DNA of 64,000 bases from a virus. Below are positions 55,340-64,000 of this stretch, in pieces; within the stretch, counting starts at the first letter, position 1, and every line of letters starts with the position of its first letter. Location of the stretch: IMG/VR virus record IMGVR_UViG_3300027747_004524, positions 32,001 to 96,000 of that record; one strand, 5' to 3'. The notes under the pieces were generated by a model. It was not told where the DNA came from, searched no databases, and saw only the letters and a list, made by a program, of their open reading frames with translations. The position numbers and the translations under genes were made by a program.

Positions 55340-55999
55340 TCAGACGCTCTTTTGTGTGATCACCTCTTCAACCAATGACTCAATTTTTTTCTTTGCAAAC
55401 TTTTCCAAAGACAGTTCGTTTTTTGCCATCTCTGGAATTATTCTTTGACGAACCCAATTTCTTCTGCTGCCCTTGACTGCAGAGTTGGTTTCGTCCTCTA
55501 CAATATAATGCTTTAATTTGTTTCTGTCAACGTACTGTTGAAAATCTTTTTTCTTCGTTAGAAGAAATGGGTGCACAACCTTATAGTTTGGAAATAGACT
55601 CCACAAGGGAATTGGTTCGTGATCTGGTTTCCCCCTGAAACAGTTCAGAAGGTAGCTTTCAATCCAATCGTTTAAGTGGTGGGCCGTTATTAGAATTCCT
55701 TCTTCCTCTTTGAAAATAGTAGAATAGAATTCAACTCTAGCTCTTCTGCATTCTGATTCTGTGTTTAGATTATTGCCATATCCACAAATTCCTTTTATGT
55801 GAAATTCTTCGCAAAACTTTTGGAAATTTTTTTCCATTTCATCGTTTTGTTCTCTGATTTTGTGGTTAAAGTGTACTCCAACAACCTTGTATCCTTTCCA
55901 CATTAACCAATGCAAAGATGCTAAACTGTCTACTCCCATAGAAACTGTAACGTAAACAGTTTTTTCTTTGTTGAGTAATTGCTTTATGATCTTTATCAT
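55340..55999 (-). CDS. tilS: tRNA(Ile)-lysidine synthase, catalytic domain only
   Basis: SMGVDS PP-loop, HFNH, RRAR, TAHHLND..ES, HPFL, DETN, RNWVR. Confidence 0.88.
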   Translation of the reverse strand: MIKIIKQLLNKEKTVYVTVSMGVDSLASLHWLMWKGYKVVGVHFNHKIREQNDEMEKNFQKFCEEFHIKGICGYGNNLNTESECRRARVEFYSTIFKEEEGILITAHHLNDWIESYLLNCFRGKPDHEPIPLWSLFPNYKVVHPFLLTKKKDFQQYVDRNKLKHYIVEDETNSAVKGSRRNWVRQRIIPEMAKNELSLEKFAKKKIESLVEEVITQKSV

Positions 56000-56136
56000 G
56001 TTCCTATTTCCGAATTTTGAATTTGCCTAATTTCTTTTTGGGCAAGGCTTTACATCTTGAAACCTACGTGTTATCATTAGGTTGTGTAGGCTAAGTATGG
56101 GCTTAACAAGTACAAAATTTAGAATAGGAGATCTAA

Positions 56137-57408
56137 ATGGCTAAGAAAACTATGAGTTGCGACTTTTGCGGCAAACCAAACAAGGCGGTAGGAACTTTAA
56201 TCGAATCACCTTCTTTTGACAAGGAGGTAAACGGAAGACCAAAGGGAACTAATTTTTTCATCTGCTATGGTTGCGTTGAATTAGCTCATAAGATGGCAAG
56301 ACAAGACAACAAGAAACAAAACAACCAGCAGAAGCAAACAGAGACTTCGGCCTATCCTGTTTCTCCTAATCCCAAAAAAGTTGTTGAGTTTCTTGATCAA
56401 TATATTATTGGACAAGATTTGGCAAAGAAAACTCTTGCCGTTTCTGTTTGTAATCATTATAAGCGTCTTATTTCTCAAGAAGACGATGATGTTAACATTG
56501 AAAAGTCTAACGTGCTTCTAATTGGCCCAACCGGATCGGGTAAAACTCTTTTTGCAAAAACCTTAGCAAAATATTTGAACGTTCCTTTTGCGATTGGAGA
56601 CGCTACAACCCTAACAGAAGCGGGCTATGTGGGGGAAGACGTAGAGAACCTTGTTCTAAAGCTTCTTCATGCTTCTGACTTTGATGTTGAGGCCGCACAG
56701 AGAGGCATCATTTACATAGACGAAATAGACAAGATAGGCAGAACAAACAATAACGTCTCCATCACTAGAGACGTTTCTGGCGAAGGTGTTCAACAGTCTT
56801 TGTTGAAGTTGGTAGAAGGAACTGTTTGCAATGTCCCTCCAGCAGGAGGCAGAAAGCATCCCGAACAACAGTTTATTCATGTTGATACCACCAACATTCT
56901 GTTTATCTGTGGTGGTACATTTACTGGTTTAAATGACATAATCAAGAAGAGAATTGGTAAAACCGCTATTGGGTTTAACAACTCCTCTTCGGATAATATC
57001 GAAGACAAAGATCTCTCATTTCAGGTTGTTGAAGAAGACTTGGTTGAGTTTGGCCTGATTCCAGAGTTGATTGGTAGGCTTCCTTGCATCACTCCCTTGA
57101 AGCAGTTTGACATTGAATCTCTTGTTAGCGTTTTGTGTGATCCGAAGGACTCTCTAATCATGCAATACAAGAAGCTGTTTAGGTTTGATAACGTGGAATT
57201 AGACTTCACAAGGGAAGCTTTAGAGGCTATTGCCAAAAATGCCCTTGATAAGGGCACTGGAGCTCGCGGCCTTAGAAGTTCTATGGAGAAAATACTCCTT
57301 GAACTGATGTACGAAGCCTCCGATCATAGGGGAGAATCGATTGTGATAACCGATGGCGTCGTTTTAGGTAAGGAAAAGCCTTGTTTTGCCAAAAATAAGG
57401 CTGCATAA
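56137..57408 (+). CDS. clpX: ClpX ATPase
   Basis: CDFC zinc finger, [34 protein letters not shown]. Confidence 0.96.
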   Translation: MAKKTMSCDFCGKPNKAVGTLIESPSFDKEVNGRPKGTNFFICYGCVELAHKMARQDNKKQNNQQKQTETSAYPVSPNPKKVVEFLDQYIIGQDLAKKTLAVSVCNHYKRLISQEDDDVNIEKSNVLLIGPTGSGKTLFAKTLAKYLNVPFAIGDATTLTEAGYVGEDVENLVLKLLHASDFDVEAAQRGIIYIDEIDKIGRTNNNVSITRDVSGEGVQQSLLKLVEGTVCNVPPAGGRKHPEQQFIHVDTTNILFICGGTFTGLNDIIKKRIGKTAIGFNNSSSDNIEDKDLSFQVVEEDLVEFGLIPELIGRLPCITPLKQFDIESLVSVLCDPKDSLIMQYKKLFRFDNVELDFTREALEAIAKNALDKGTGARGLRSSMEKILLELMYEASDHRGESIVITDGVVLGKEKPCFAKNKAA

Positions 57409-57420
57409 CTAATTTAAGTT

Positions 57421-57984
57421 ATGCGAGTTTTTACCTATTTCGATAGCAATCTTTGGGATCTCCACAACAAAGGTTGGCGAAAGCTTGGTAGCATCGATGC
57501 TGTGGCATTGATGTCTCCTGACTTAGATGCGGATGACAGGAGGGAAATAGAACGCTTGTTTCCCTCCTGTCATCTTATTGATACATCTTTCTATGATATG
57601 TGCAATTTTATCCTTAGCCAAGTTAAGGACGGCCAAGAGTATTTATTTACATCCCCTGCCAACTACCCTCCTTTTGAATTTCCCACAAACAAAGATGCAT
57701 TTTGTAGATCAAAGGAAGACGCTTCTTTAGACCTTAAAATGCAGCTTTCTGAACCAATAACAAGTCTTTTGAATAAAGTAGACCTGATAAAAAGCACAGA
57801 GGTTGTGTTGGATTCATCCTTGATTTTCGGCACAACAGATTTTTGGGTTGCTTTTGTCGGCTTCCAGAATTATTTGAAGCAAGCTGGCTACTTTACCAAC
57901 ACAGTTAACGCAAAATATGGTGATTTAGTACTGAGTCTTTTTTATCGTAATTCTTCTTCCTTTTCTACAGAAATCCAGAAATGA
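57421..57984 (+). CDS. Hypothetical protein
   Basis: 187-aa ORF in operon. Confidence 0.7.
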   Translation: MRVFTYFDSNLWDLHNKGWRKLGSIDAVALMSPDLDADDRREIERLFPSCHLIDTSFYDMCNFILSQVKDGQEYLFTSPANYPPFEFPTNKDAFCRSKEDASLDLKMQLSEPITSLLNKVDLIKSTEVVLDSSLIFGTTDFWVAFVGFQNYLKQAGYFTNTVNAKYGDLVLSLFYRNSSSFSTEIQK

Positions 57985-58394
57985 CAACCCCTATATTTGT
58001 TTATGGAACGTTAAAAAGCGGTCACTCTAGGAACACTCTTCTAAAGGACCAGAGATATCTCGGTACAGCATCAACAATTCCAAAGTATAAAATTTACAGA
58101 TACAGCTCTTTTCCTGCATTGGTTTCTGACGATGATGGTAAGAGCATATTTGGTGAATTGTATGAAGTTTCTGATTCCTGCTTGGTTGAGTTAGATGAGG
58201 TTGAAGGCACAAAGTTTGGATTGTTCTCTAGGGGTACGATTCTTCTGAAAGAAACTACATTTTTTTCTTTACCTCTATATAAGAGATCTTCAGACATGCT
58301 AATGGAAAACTCTGCGATAGCTTATTTTTTTGTTAACAAGGAAAAATTGTCTGCTTTAAAAGATTGTGGGAACAATTGGACCATTATGGAGTAG
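57981..58394 (+). CDS. Gamma-glutamylcyclotransferase (AIG2-like)
   Basis: IFVYGTLKSG, FPAL, GELYEV, LDEVEG. Confidence 0.88.
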   Translation: MTTPIFVYGTLKSGHSRNTLLKDQRYLGTASTIPKYKIYRYSSFPALVSDDDGKSIFGELYEVSDSCLVELDEVEGTKFGLFSRGTILLKETTFFSLPLYKRSSDMLMENSAIAYFFVNKEKLSALKDCGNNWTIME

Positions 58395-58398
58395 AGCA

Positions 58399-58794
58399 GT
58401 GAACCAACAATACTATTTCTTCTACCCCCTCCTTTCTATCTTAGTTTTGTTCTGTTTAAGATTTATCTTCTTACTTAGGAAAGAGAATAACAGGCTTTAT
58501 TCTTTAAATAAAGAATTGGATATTAAATTAAAAAACGATATAGAAGATACTCTGGGGCTTGCTACATCCGAGCAGCTTGTAAAGCAATTAAGGATAAGAA
58601 CAAACATGCCTTTTATACTTCTCTTACCGATAAAAGAGAGAGACTATAATGGGATTACGATAGAGTCCCACGGCATAAATCAAACTTCTTGTTTTGCAAT
58701 TCTTCATTTAGCAAAAGCTATAACTGCACAGAATTTTAAAAAAAATGGCATGGAGCCTCCTAAGCTTCCTCCTTTAAATGATTATTTTGAGTAA
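58399..58794 (+). CDS. Membrane-anchored hypothetical protein
   Basis: N-terminal TM; GTG after GGAG. Confidence 0.65.
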   Translation: MNQQYYFFYPLLSILVLFCLRFIFLLRKENNRLYSLNKELDIKLKNDIEDTLGLATSEQLVKQLRIRTNMPFILLLPIKERDYNGITIESHGINQTSCFAILHLAKAITAQNFKKNGMEPPKLPPLNDYFE

Positions 58795-58853
58795 TCTCTA
58801 TTTACTCAAGAGAAGTTTTCATATAAAATTCTTTCTATCAAAAGGAAGAATTT

Positions 58854-59714
58854 ATGAAAACTCTAAAAGACAGACATAGCAAAGCTAAAAACTATTGTGA
58901 GCGTGTTTTTGCTCACGACAACTTTAAAAGCACAAAAGAAGTCAAAAAGTTTATATCTAGAGTTTTTGACTTTTCTTCTCCAAACCTTCTTTCGCAAGAA
59001 GATGAGATTATTCTTTTTAAGAAGATGAATTATTTTAAGTTTAAGGCAAAGCGTTTGCTTGAGGTGGAAGATATTTCTGAGAAGAGACTTTTAAAGGCTG
59101 AGTCGTTCATAAAAGAAGCAAAAAATATTAGGAACTTTATTGCTGAGTGCAACTTTCGTCTTGCTAACCAAGTTTTGAAATGCAATATTTCGTACTATAA
59201 AAAGAACAGTTTGGTAGATTCCCTTTTGTCCGATGCCTACTTCGACATCATAAAGTCTGTTGACTACTTCAATTGGACCCTGGGCAATAGGTTCAGCACT
59301 TACGCCACATGGGTTGTTAAGAAAAACTTTTTCAGGGAATCGAAAGAAAACCAAAAGAGATCCAAAAAAGTTGTTCATCTGGAAGACTTTGATTCTTCTC
59401 TTATGAAGGAGGGTGAAAGCTCATTAAAGATAGAGCTTGATCATAAAAGCCATAAACAGGTGGTTTCAATTCTTCTTTCAATGTTGGAAACAGGAGACTG
59501 TGCTAAAGATCAAAAAAGGCAGGTTTTTATACTAGAGCATTATTTTGGCCTTAATGGACAAGACGATTGTACACTTGAGGAAATAAGCCACAAACTTGGA
59601 ATTACTAAGGAGCGAGTAAGACAGTTAAAGGAGAAAGGGCTCGATTGGCTTAGGGGCCAAATAGCACATATGAATTTAAATTACGATTCTATTTTCGAGT
59701 CTGTGAGGTATTGA
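58854..59714 (+). CDS. Sigma-70 family factor (RpoD/RpoS-like)
   Basis: LFKKMNYFKFKA, NFRL, GNRFSTYATW, TLEEI..LGITKERVRQL. Confidence 0.9.
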   Translation: MKTLKDRHSKAKNYCERVFAHDNFKSTKEVKKFISRVFDFSSPNLLSQEDEIILFKKMNYFKFKAKRLLEVEDISEKRLLKAESFIKEAKNIRNFIAECNFRLANQVLKCNISYYKKNSLVDSLLSDAYFDIIKSVDYFNWTLGNRFSTYATWVVKKNFFRESKENQKRSKKVVHLEDFDSSLMKEGESSLKIELDHKSHKQVVSILLSMLETGDCAKDQKRQVFILEHYFGLNGQDDCTLEEISHKLGITKERVRQLKEKGLDWLRGQIAHMNLNYDSIFESVRY

Positions 59715-59739
59715 CAAACTAATTAATTTAGATCATAAT
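59711..59739 (+). promoter_or_regulatory. Sigma70-like early promoter
   Basis: TTGACA-17 nt-CATAAT. Confidence 0.75.
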
Positions 59740-59778
59740 AGGACCCTCGTCCAGAACACAAGAACAAGGGGGTTGCCT

Positions 59779-60021
59779 ATGCTAAGAAGATATAAAATAA
59801 TTAGCGGAGAATTTTCATTGGTCCTTAAAGAGGCCGATTGTGAAAAAGCTGCTTATGAGGCTATACGTCTTCATAGTGAGAGCAGACACCACTCCCAGCT
59901 TGGTCAATTAACAATGGTGGAGTGCAAGCAAGAAGATGTTAAGTTTTTTTTCACTCAAAACATTTTAGACGATCTTATTTATGAGCCAACAGCAGTAGCA
60001 AAAAATCTCTCCCGCTTTTAA
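59779..60021 (+). CDS. Hypothetical protein
   Basis: AAGGGGG RBS, own promoter. Confidence 0.65.
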   Translation: MLRRYKIISGEFSLVLKEADCEKAAYEAIRLHSESRHHSQLGQLTMVECKQEDVKFFFTQNILDDLIYEPTAVAKNLSRF

Positions 60022-60092
60022 TTGTGGATTTATATGACATTGCGAACGGGTCAATCGTCCCGCTGTACCGTGATCCGGTTCTTGATTAGCCT

Positions 60093-60851
60093 ATGATCTG
60101 CTACACGCGTAATTTCGAAGATGTTATTTTACAAAGAGTTTTTTCTGAAGTTGTTCAGGGCAGTTATTTAGACGTTGGTGCCTCTTCGCCCGTCTTGGAT
60201 AGCAACACTTACGCTCTTTATGAAAAGGGCTGGCGAGGTGTTGCTATAGAGCCCATCCCAGACTATAAAGACTCATGGGAGAAATATAGACCTCACGACA
60301 TTCTGATAAATTCTGCCGTTGGTTCTTCCAAAAAAAATTTAACTCTACACATATACGATCAGGCCCCACAATGCTCTAGTGCCTCTAAAGATGTGCAAAT
60401 TCACTTAGAATCTGCCGGTCTACAAAAAACTCGTACGTTAACAGTTTCTGTTTTGTCTTTAGATGATCTAGTAAACAAATACTTTTTACAAAAAGTTTTG
60501 CATCTTCTTTCCATCGATGTAGAAGGAATGGAAAAAGAAGTGCTGCAAAGTTTAGACTTAAGAGTTAATCGCCCTTGGGTTGTGATTTTGGAGGCAACTC
60601 TTCCTGGAACTTCAAAGCCTACCCACCACGCTTGGGAACCTTATTTGTTAAACAATGGTTACTTGTTGACTTATTTTGATGGGGTAAATCGTTTTTATCT
60701 TGCCCAAGAACATAGGCGTCTTTTGGTGCATTTTGCTCTGCCCCCAAACGTTTGGGATGGGTTTCGCTCTATAAAGGAGCTAAATCTAGAGAGCCAAGTC
60801 CAACAACTAAAAGCCCAAGTCCAGAGTTTGCAAACGCAAATTTTGAATTAA
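60093..60851 (+). CDS. FkbM family methyltransferase
   Basis: EDVIL, YLDVGA, SNT, AIEP, LSIDVEG, FDGVNRFY. Confidence 0.9.
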   Translation: MICYTRNFEDVILQRVFSEVVQGSYLDVGASSPVLDSNTYALYEKGWRGVAIEPIPDYKDSWEKYRPHDILINSAVGSSKKNLTLHIYDQAPQCSSASKDVQIHLESAGLQKTRTLTVSVLSLDDLVNKYFLQKVLHLLSIDVEGMEKEVLQSLDLRVNRPWVVILEATLPGTSKPTHHAWEPYLLNNGYLLTYFDGVNRFYLAQEHRRLLVHFALPPNVWDGFRSIKELNLESQVQQLKAQVQSLQTQILN

Positions 60852-61056
60852 GGCTATTCTTAAACTTAGCTTTAGCTGGGCAAAATCATTGTACCCTATA
60901 AGGGTGTGCCTCGGAGCTAAAGGCTTCCAAAAACTGGTTTTACAACGGTTTTTTGGTTGCTATGCTTAAGGTACCAAGAGAGTCAATCATTCTCTGGGAC
61001 TCACAACGTTTGTGAAGTCCCTGAATTTAGAATGGCAACTTTCTAGGAGTAATGTT

Positions 61057-61998
61057 ATGTCTGCTGCTAAAAAGAATGTAACTGGTAAGTCTGCTCCTTC
61101 GAAGAGAGCCACGCTTTCTTCCATGGAAGTTCTGGCAAAGCTTCAGGATGATAACGTTGATCTCAAGTCAACCGTTAAAAAGACCGAATCCAACAAGGAA
61201 AAGTGGGAGCTTCCGCTTGATGACTCCTCTAAGGAAGTCGCAAGTCAGTGGGTTTGTGCTAAGACTATAGCTGACATTGTCAATGCTAGGATGAACAATG
61301 TCAAAGAGCAGTTTTGCTCGTATGCTATCGAGAAGATGGCTGAGAAGATCTTTTCGATGAGATGTCATCCTGGAAATCCGAACGTTGTTCTCAAGAACAG
61401 CTTGGGTAAAGATGACCACAAGTTCATCCTCGTCATGCAGGATAACTTTAAGGTAGAAGTTCCCAAGAACTTCCCTGATGGAGTTAATCAGGTTGAGTGG
61501 CTGAAGGATCATTTCAAGGAACTTCTTCAGCAGGTTGGCTTGAGGAAGGACAACGCAAGCAGCTTGGTTGAAAACGAGATGGAAGTTTTCCCCGTGACCG
61601 GTATTAGGAGCCTCACAGAACTTCTTGATGGTCACTATGGCGAGAAGAGGGTTTGGTTCGACAGCAGTGAAGAGGAAAAGGAAGCTGGCACGAGGCTTGC
61701 TGCCCTGCTTATGTGGGACGGAAGTTCGCCTACTCCCGATCCCCTTTCTGCTTCGGACAAGTCCATTGTTGTTCGTCGGGATACCACTGTTACGATGAAG
61801 AGCGACTTCTATAGTAGAGTTGCCCTTTATTGTGATAATGTCGAACAGCTTAAGGGTGTCTTGACGATTATCAAGCCCATCACGTTCCCGAGTTATAGTA
61901 AGTTTGCTATAAGCGATAGCGAGATGGATCGCACCAAGAGAAAGATCGAGGCTGCTGCTGAGATTCTTGGGTCTGGTTCTAATCTGGAATCTAACTGA
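61057..61998 (+). CDS. Hypothetical early protein
   Basis: AGGAG RBS; TTTACA..TATGCT upstream. Confidence 0.8.
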   Translation: MSAAKKNVTGKSAPSKRATLSSMEVLAKLQDDNVDLKSTVKKTESNKEKWELPLDDSSKEVASQWVCAKTIADIVNARMNNVKEQFCSYAIEKMAEKIFSMRCHPGNPNVVLKNSLGKDDHKFILVMQDNFKVEVPKNFPDGVNQVEWLKDHFKELLQQVGLRKDNASSLVENEMEVFPVTGIRSLTELLDGHYGEKRVWFDSSEEEKEAGTRLAALLMWDGSSPTPDPLSASDKSIVVRRDTTVTMKSDFYSRVALYCDNVEQLKGVLTIIKPITFPSYSKFAISDSEMDRTKRKIEAAAEILGSGSNLESN

Positions 61999-62007
61999 TC
62001 TGTTGTT

Positions 62008-62070
62008 TTGGCTAGGTGCGTGTGGTTTTCCTCCTTTTGCCCACGCACCTAGCCAAACTTTTTGGAGGAC
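62008..62070 (+). promoter_or_regulatory. 15-bp perfect hairpin with anti-SD loop upstream of an RBS
   Basis: TTGGCTAGGTGCGTG / CACGCACCTAGCCAA; loop TCCTCC; GGAGGA at 62064-62069. Confidence 0.65.
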
Positions 62071-62076
62071 ATAACT

Positions 62077-62997
62077 ATGGAAGGCAGTAAATTTGACTTT
62101 GGTGGATACAGACACACCAAAGAGAACGCTATGCTTATAAAGCAGCGTAGACAACGCATTTTAGAGATGAGAGATTCTGGTCTTTCATTTGATGAGATTT
62201 CAAAGGCATTTGGCTTATCAAAAGCCAGATGTAGGAAGATTTACTCGACCGCTTCTAACGGTAAAAAGCCAAAATCTTTGAATGTGTCTTTCTATGTTAG
62301 AGATGTTTTAAGAAGTCACCTTCCCCTTTTGATTCTCAAGGAAGGCTCATATGTAAAAATGAATTATCCTTTGCTGTTTATTGTTCTTGAGTCTAAGAAC
62401 GACTACTTCAGGCAGAAAAAAGCAAAGCAATACATTAGAATGATAGTCCACTCCTCCAGGCAGGAGTTGTTGAATGCTTACAACAACCTTTTGCTTCGTT
62501 TTGGTCACAACAACCCTGCTAAGAAGTGGATTAGATCTGAGGGTGCTGTTGTTCCATCTTGCTTTTGGAACAATAAAGAAATCGAATCTTTTTTGCTTTC
62601 ATGTTTGTCGATAAAGCATCCCTCACAGGACGCGGTCGATGTGGTTCTTCAGAAGGTAAAACAGATTCTTGATGTTTCTCCTGATTTCTCTTTGACAGAT
62701 GATGAAAACGCTAAAGAAACTAAACTCGATCTTGACAACAAAACACTACCTAGCGATTTGCTAAACAAGTCGGACGAGCTTGTTTCTTATATTGAGATTA
62801 TTAAGTCTGATGAGTCTCTAAAGAGAGAAGACTACATTTTTGTTTTGGATTCTGCTTTGGATTGTTTGAAGTCATTTAGGAGCATGTTTTCTTCGCCTGT
62901 GGTTGAAAAAGAGCCTGAAGAAGAGCCCGTTAAAGAAAAGGATAAGGAACCTATTAAAGAAAAGCCAAAAGCGTTTTGGCCTAAACCTAAGTTTTAA
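62077..62997 (+). CDS. Hypothetical protein with N-terminal sigma4-like HTH
   Basis: RILEMRDSGLSFDEISKAFGLSKARCRKI. Confidence 0.75.
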   Translation: MEGSKFDFGGYRHTKENAMLIKQRRQRILEMRDSGLSFDEISKAFGLSKARCRKIYSTASNGKKPKSLNVSFYVRDVLRSHLPLLILKEGSYVKMNYPLLFIVLESKNDYFRQKKAKQYIRMIVHSSRQELLNAYNNLLLRFGHNNPAKKWIRSEGAVVPSCFWNNKEIESFLLSCLSIKHPSQDAVDVVLQKVKQILDVSPDFSLTDDENAKETKLDLDNKTLPSDLLNKSDELVSYIEIIKSDESLKREDYIFVLDSALDCLKSFRSMFSSPVVEKEPEEEPVKEKDKEPIKEKPKAFWPKPKF

Positions 62998-63013
62998 TTT
63001 TGGAGGACTACTC

Positions 63014-63526
63014 ATGAAAAAGTTCATTTTAACGTTTTTGATTGTGGTTCTTGGAACCCCTCTTGCAGAGGCCCAGACAAAGACCCAGGCTAAGACAGAC
63101 AAGGCACAAGAGGGCGTTAACGCTGCTATGCTTCGCAATTTTGAAGCCTGTAATCGAGAGGACATTAATGCGGTTATGGACTCTTGTTCTATGGAAATGC
63201 CCGATAGGGACAAGTTTGAGAAAGAGACTTTGACTGTTTTTAAGGACAAGGACATATATTATCGGCTTCTTGATTGCGAGCTGTTGGAGGTTAAGTTTCC
63301 TTATGCACTCGCAAGAATTAGGCAGCAGACTCTTTTAGAAGACAGAACTGCTAACGACCAGGGCCAGAAGCTCTATAGGAATTCGAGTGCTCTTATACCG
63401 GACGAACACGTAGAATACCTTAACACCTTTAAGTATGAAAATGGCGAGTGGAAACTCTTGGTTATTGTTAGCGAAATGAGGCCCTTTAATCCTGACAACT
63501 CTGATAAGAAAGAGACTGAGAAATGA
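63014..63526 (+). CDS. Secreted NTF2/SnoaL-like protein
   Basis: GGAGG RBS, signal peptide, FEACNREDINAVM..YENGEWKL. Confidence 0.7.
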   Translation: MKKFILTFLIVVLGTPLAEAQTKTQAKTDKAQEGVNAAMLRNFEACNREDINAVMDSCSMEMPDRDKFEKETLTVFKDKDIYYRLLDCELLEVKFPYALARIRQQTLLEDRTANDQGQKLYRNSSALIPDEHVEYLNTFKYENGEWKLLVIVSEMRPFNPDNSDKKETEK

Positions 63527-63834
63527 GTGCCACAAAGAAAGATATAGCGAAAATATTTGCAGAAAAGACTTCTATTCATCCATCTACATCACTTAAAATG
63601 ATCGATCAACTTTTTGATTCAATCACAGATGTTCTTGTGGAATCGGGTAGGATAGAAATAAGAAACTTTGGTGTGTTTGAGACAAAGAAAACCTTGCCTA
63701 GAAAGGCAAGAAATCCTAAAACTGGTGCTGTTATTTTCACCATTGAAGGACATAAGGTTAAGTTCAAAGCTGGAAAAGAGATGTTGGTCAAGTTGAACAA
63801 CAAACCCGTACTTGTGAACGATCATGCAAACTAA
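63523..63834 (+). CDS. HU/IHF family DNA-binding protein
   Basis: TKKDI, GRIEIRNFGVF, ARNPKTG, VKFKAGK. Confidence 0.93.
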   Translation: MSATKKDIAKIFAEKTSIHPSTSLKMIDQLFDSITDVLVESGRIEIRNFGVFETKKTLPRKARNPKTGAVIFTIEGHKVKFKAGKEMLVKLNNKPVLVNDHAN

Positions 63835-64000
63835 TTCCTTTGATATCAAAACCTTTGCGTCTTTTACCTCTCCTCTGGAGCGTTGTTCCTTTTTATGGGA
63901 GCATTATCTGTCGAGAAAGAGGCAAGACAACTTTGAACCATTGTGGGTTCTTAAACCCTATTCTTTGGTTAAAAGCTTCTTAGACCTTGAAGGAAAGACA
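63824..64000 (+). CDS. 5' part of hypothetical protein (runs off window)
   Basis: ATG overlapping the HU/IHF stop; open to window edge. Confidence 0.5.
   Translation, partial: MQTNSFDIKTFASFTSPLERCSFLWEHYLSRKRQDNFEPLWVLKPYSLVKSFLDLEGKT

Noticed and set aside
54947-55359. Short ORFs overlapping the tRNA/intron (54947-55249, 54980-55264, 55171-55359)
   Set aside because: By-products of the GC-rich structured RNA; no RBS or protein motifs.
61168-62154. 328-aa antisense ORF
   Set aside because: Mirror of the plus-strand gene, which has the promoter and RBS. No recognisable motifs, and it crosses the intergenic hairpin.
1-64000. CRISPR array or diversity-generating retroelement
   Set aside because: No regularly spaced repeat-spacer array and no reverse transcriptase seen. 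Fibre-gene repeats are in-frame coding duplications, not adenine-specific TR/VR pairs.
1-64000. Stop-codon reassignment
   Set aside because: Recognisable genes (clpX, ALDH, dnaJ, phoH) are full length under code 11, and TAA, TAG and TGA all end genes with tight packing.
1-64000. Bacterial chromosome origin
   Set aside because: Housekeeping homologues are isolated from their normal operons (infC without rpmI/rplT, groES without groEL, clpX without clpP) among many orphan ORFs and T4-like late motifs. A cellular or plasmid origin is disfavoured but not formally excluded, as no capsid or terminase gene is in the window.

Overview
AT-rich, densely coded, mostly plus-strand 64 kb segment that reads as part of a very large (jumbo/huge) tailed-phage genome. 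No rRNA or CRISPR array was seen, and standard code 11 gives full-length genes. Replication and transcription genes: a PHP-less DnaE carrying a mini-intein, three sigma-70-family proteins, HU/IHF and a ParB-like protein. Host-like translation and proteostasis genes: bS21, IF-3, peptide deformylase, TilS, two CsrA, GroES, DnaJ and ClpX. Also present are auxiliary metabolic and glycan genes, several phosphoesterases, virion-type proteins, tRNA-Thr(UGU), and many sigma70-like early promoters and TAAATA T4-like late promoters. The most striking locus is 54.3-56.0 kb. There a minimal tilS is followed 7 nt later by a CAU tRNA split by a 211-nt group I intron exactly in front of C34, facing a free-standing HNH endonuclease, beyond which lies a broken intron-less CAU tRNA relic. 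Other highlights: an RBS-led out-of-frame ORF nested in the DnaE intein, late genes sharing a T4 capsid-targeting-like N-terminus, several apparently dead host-enzyme homologues, and a hairpin whose loop is complementary to the next gene's RBS. All family assignments come from motif recognition by eye; no database search was run. The phage and Planctomycetota-host calls are inferences.
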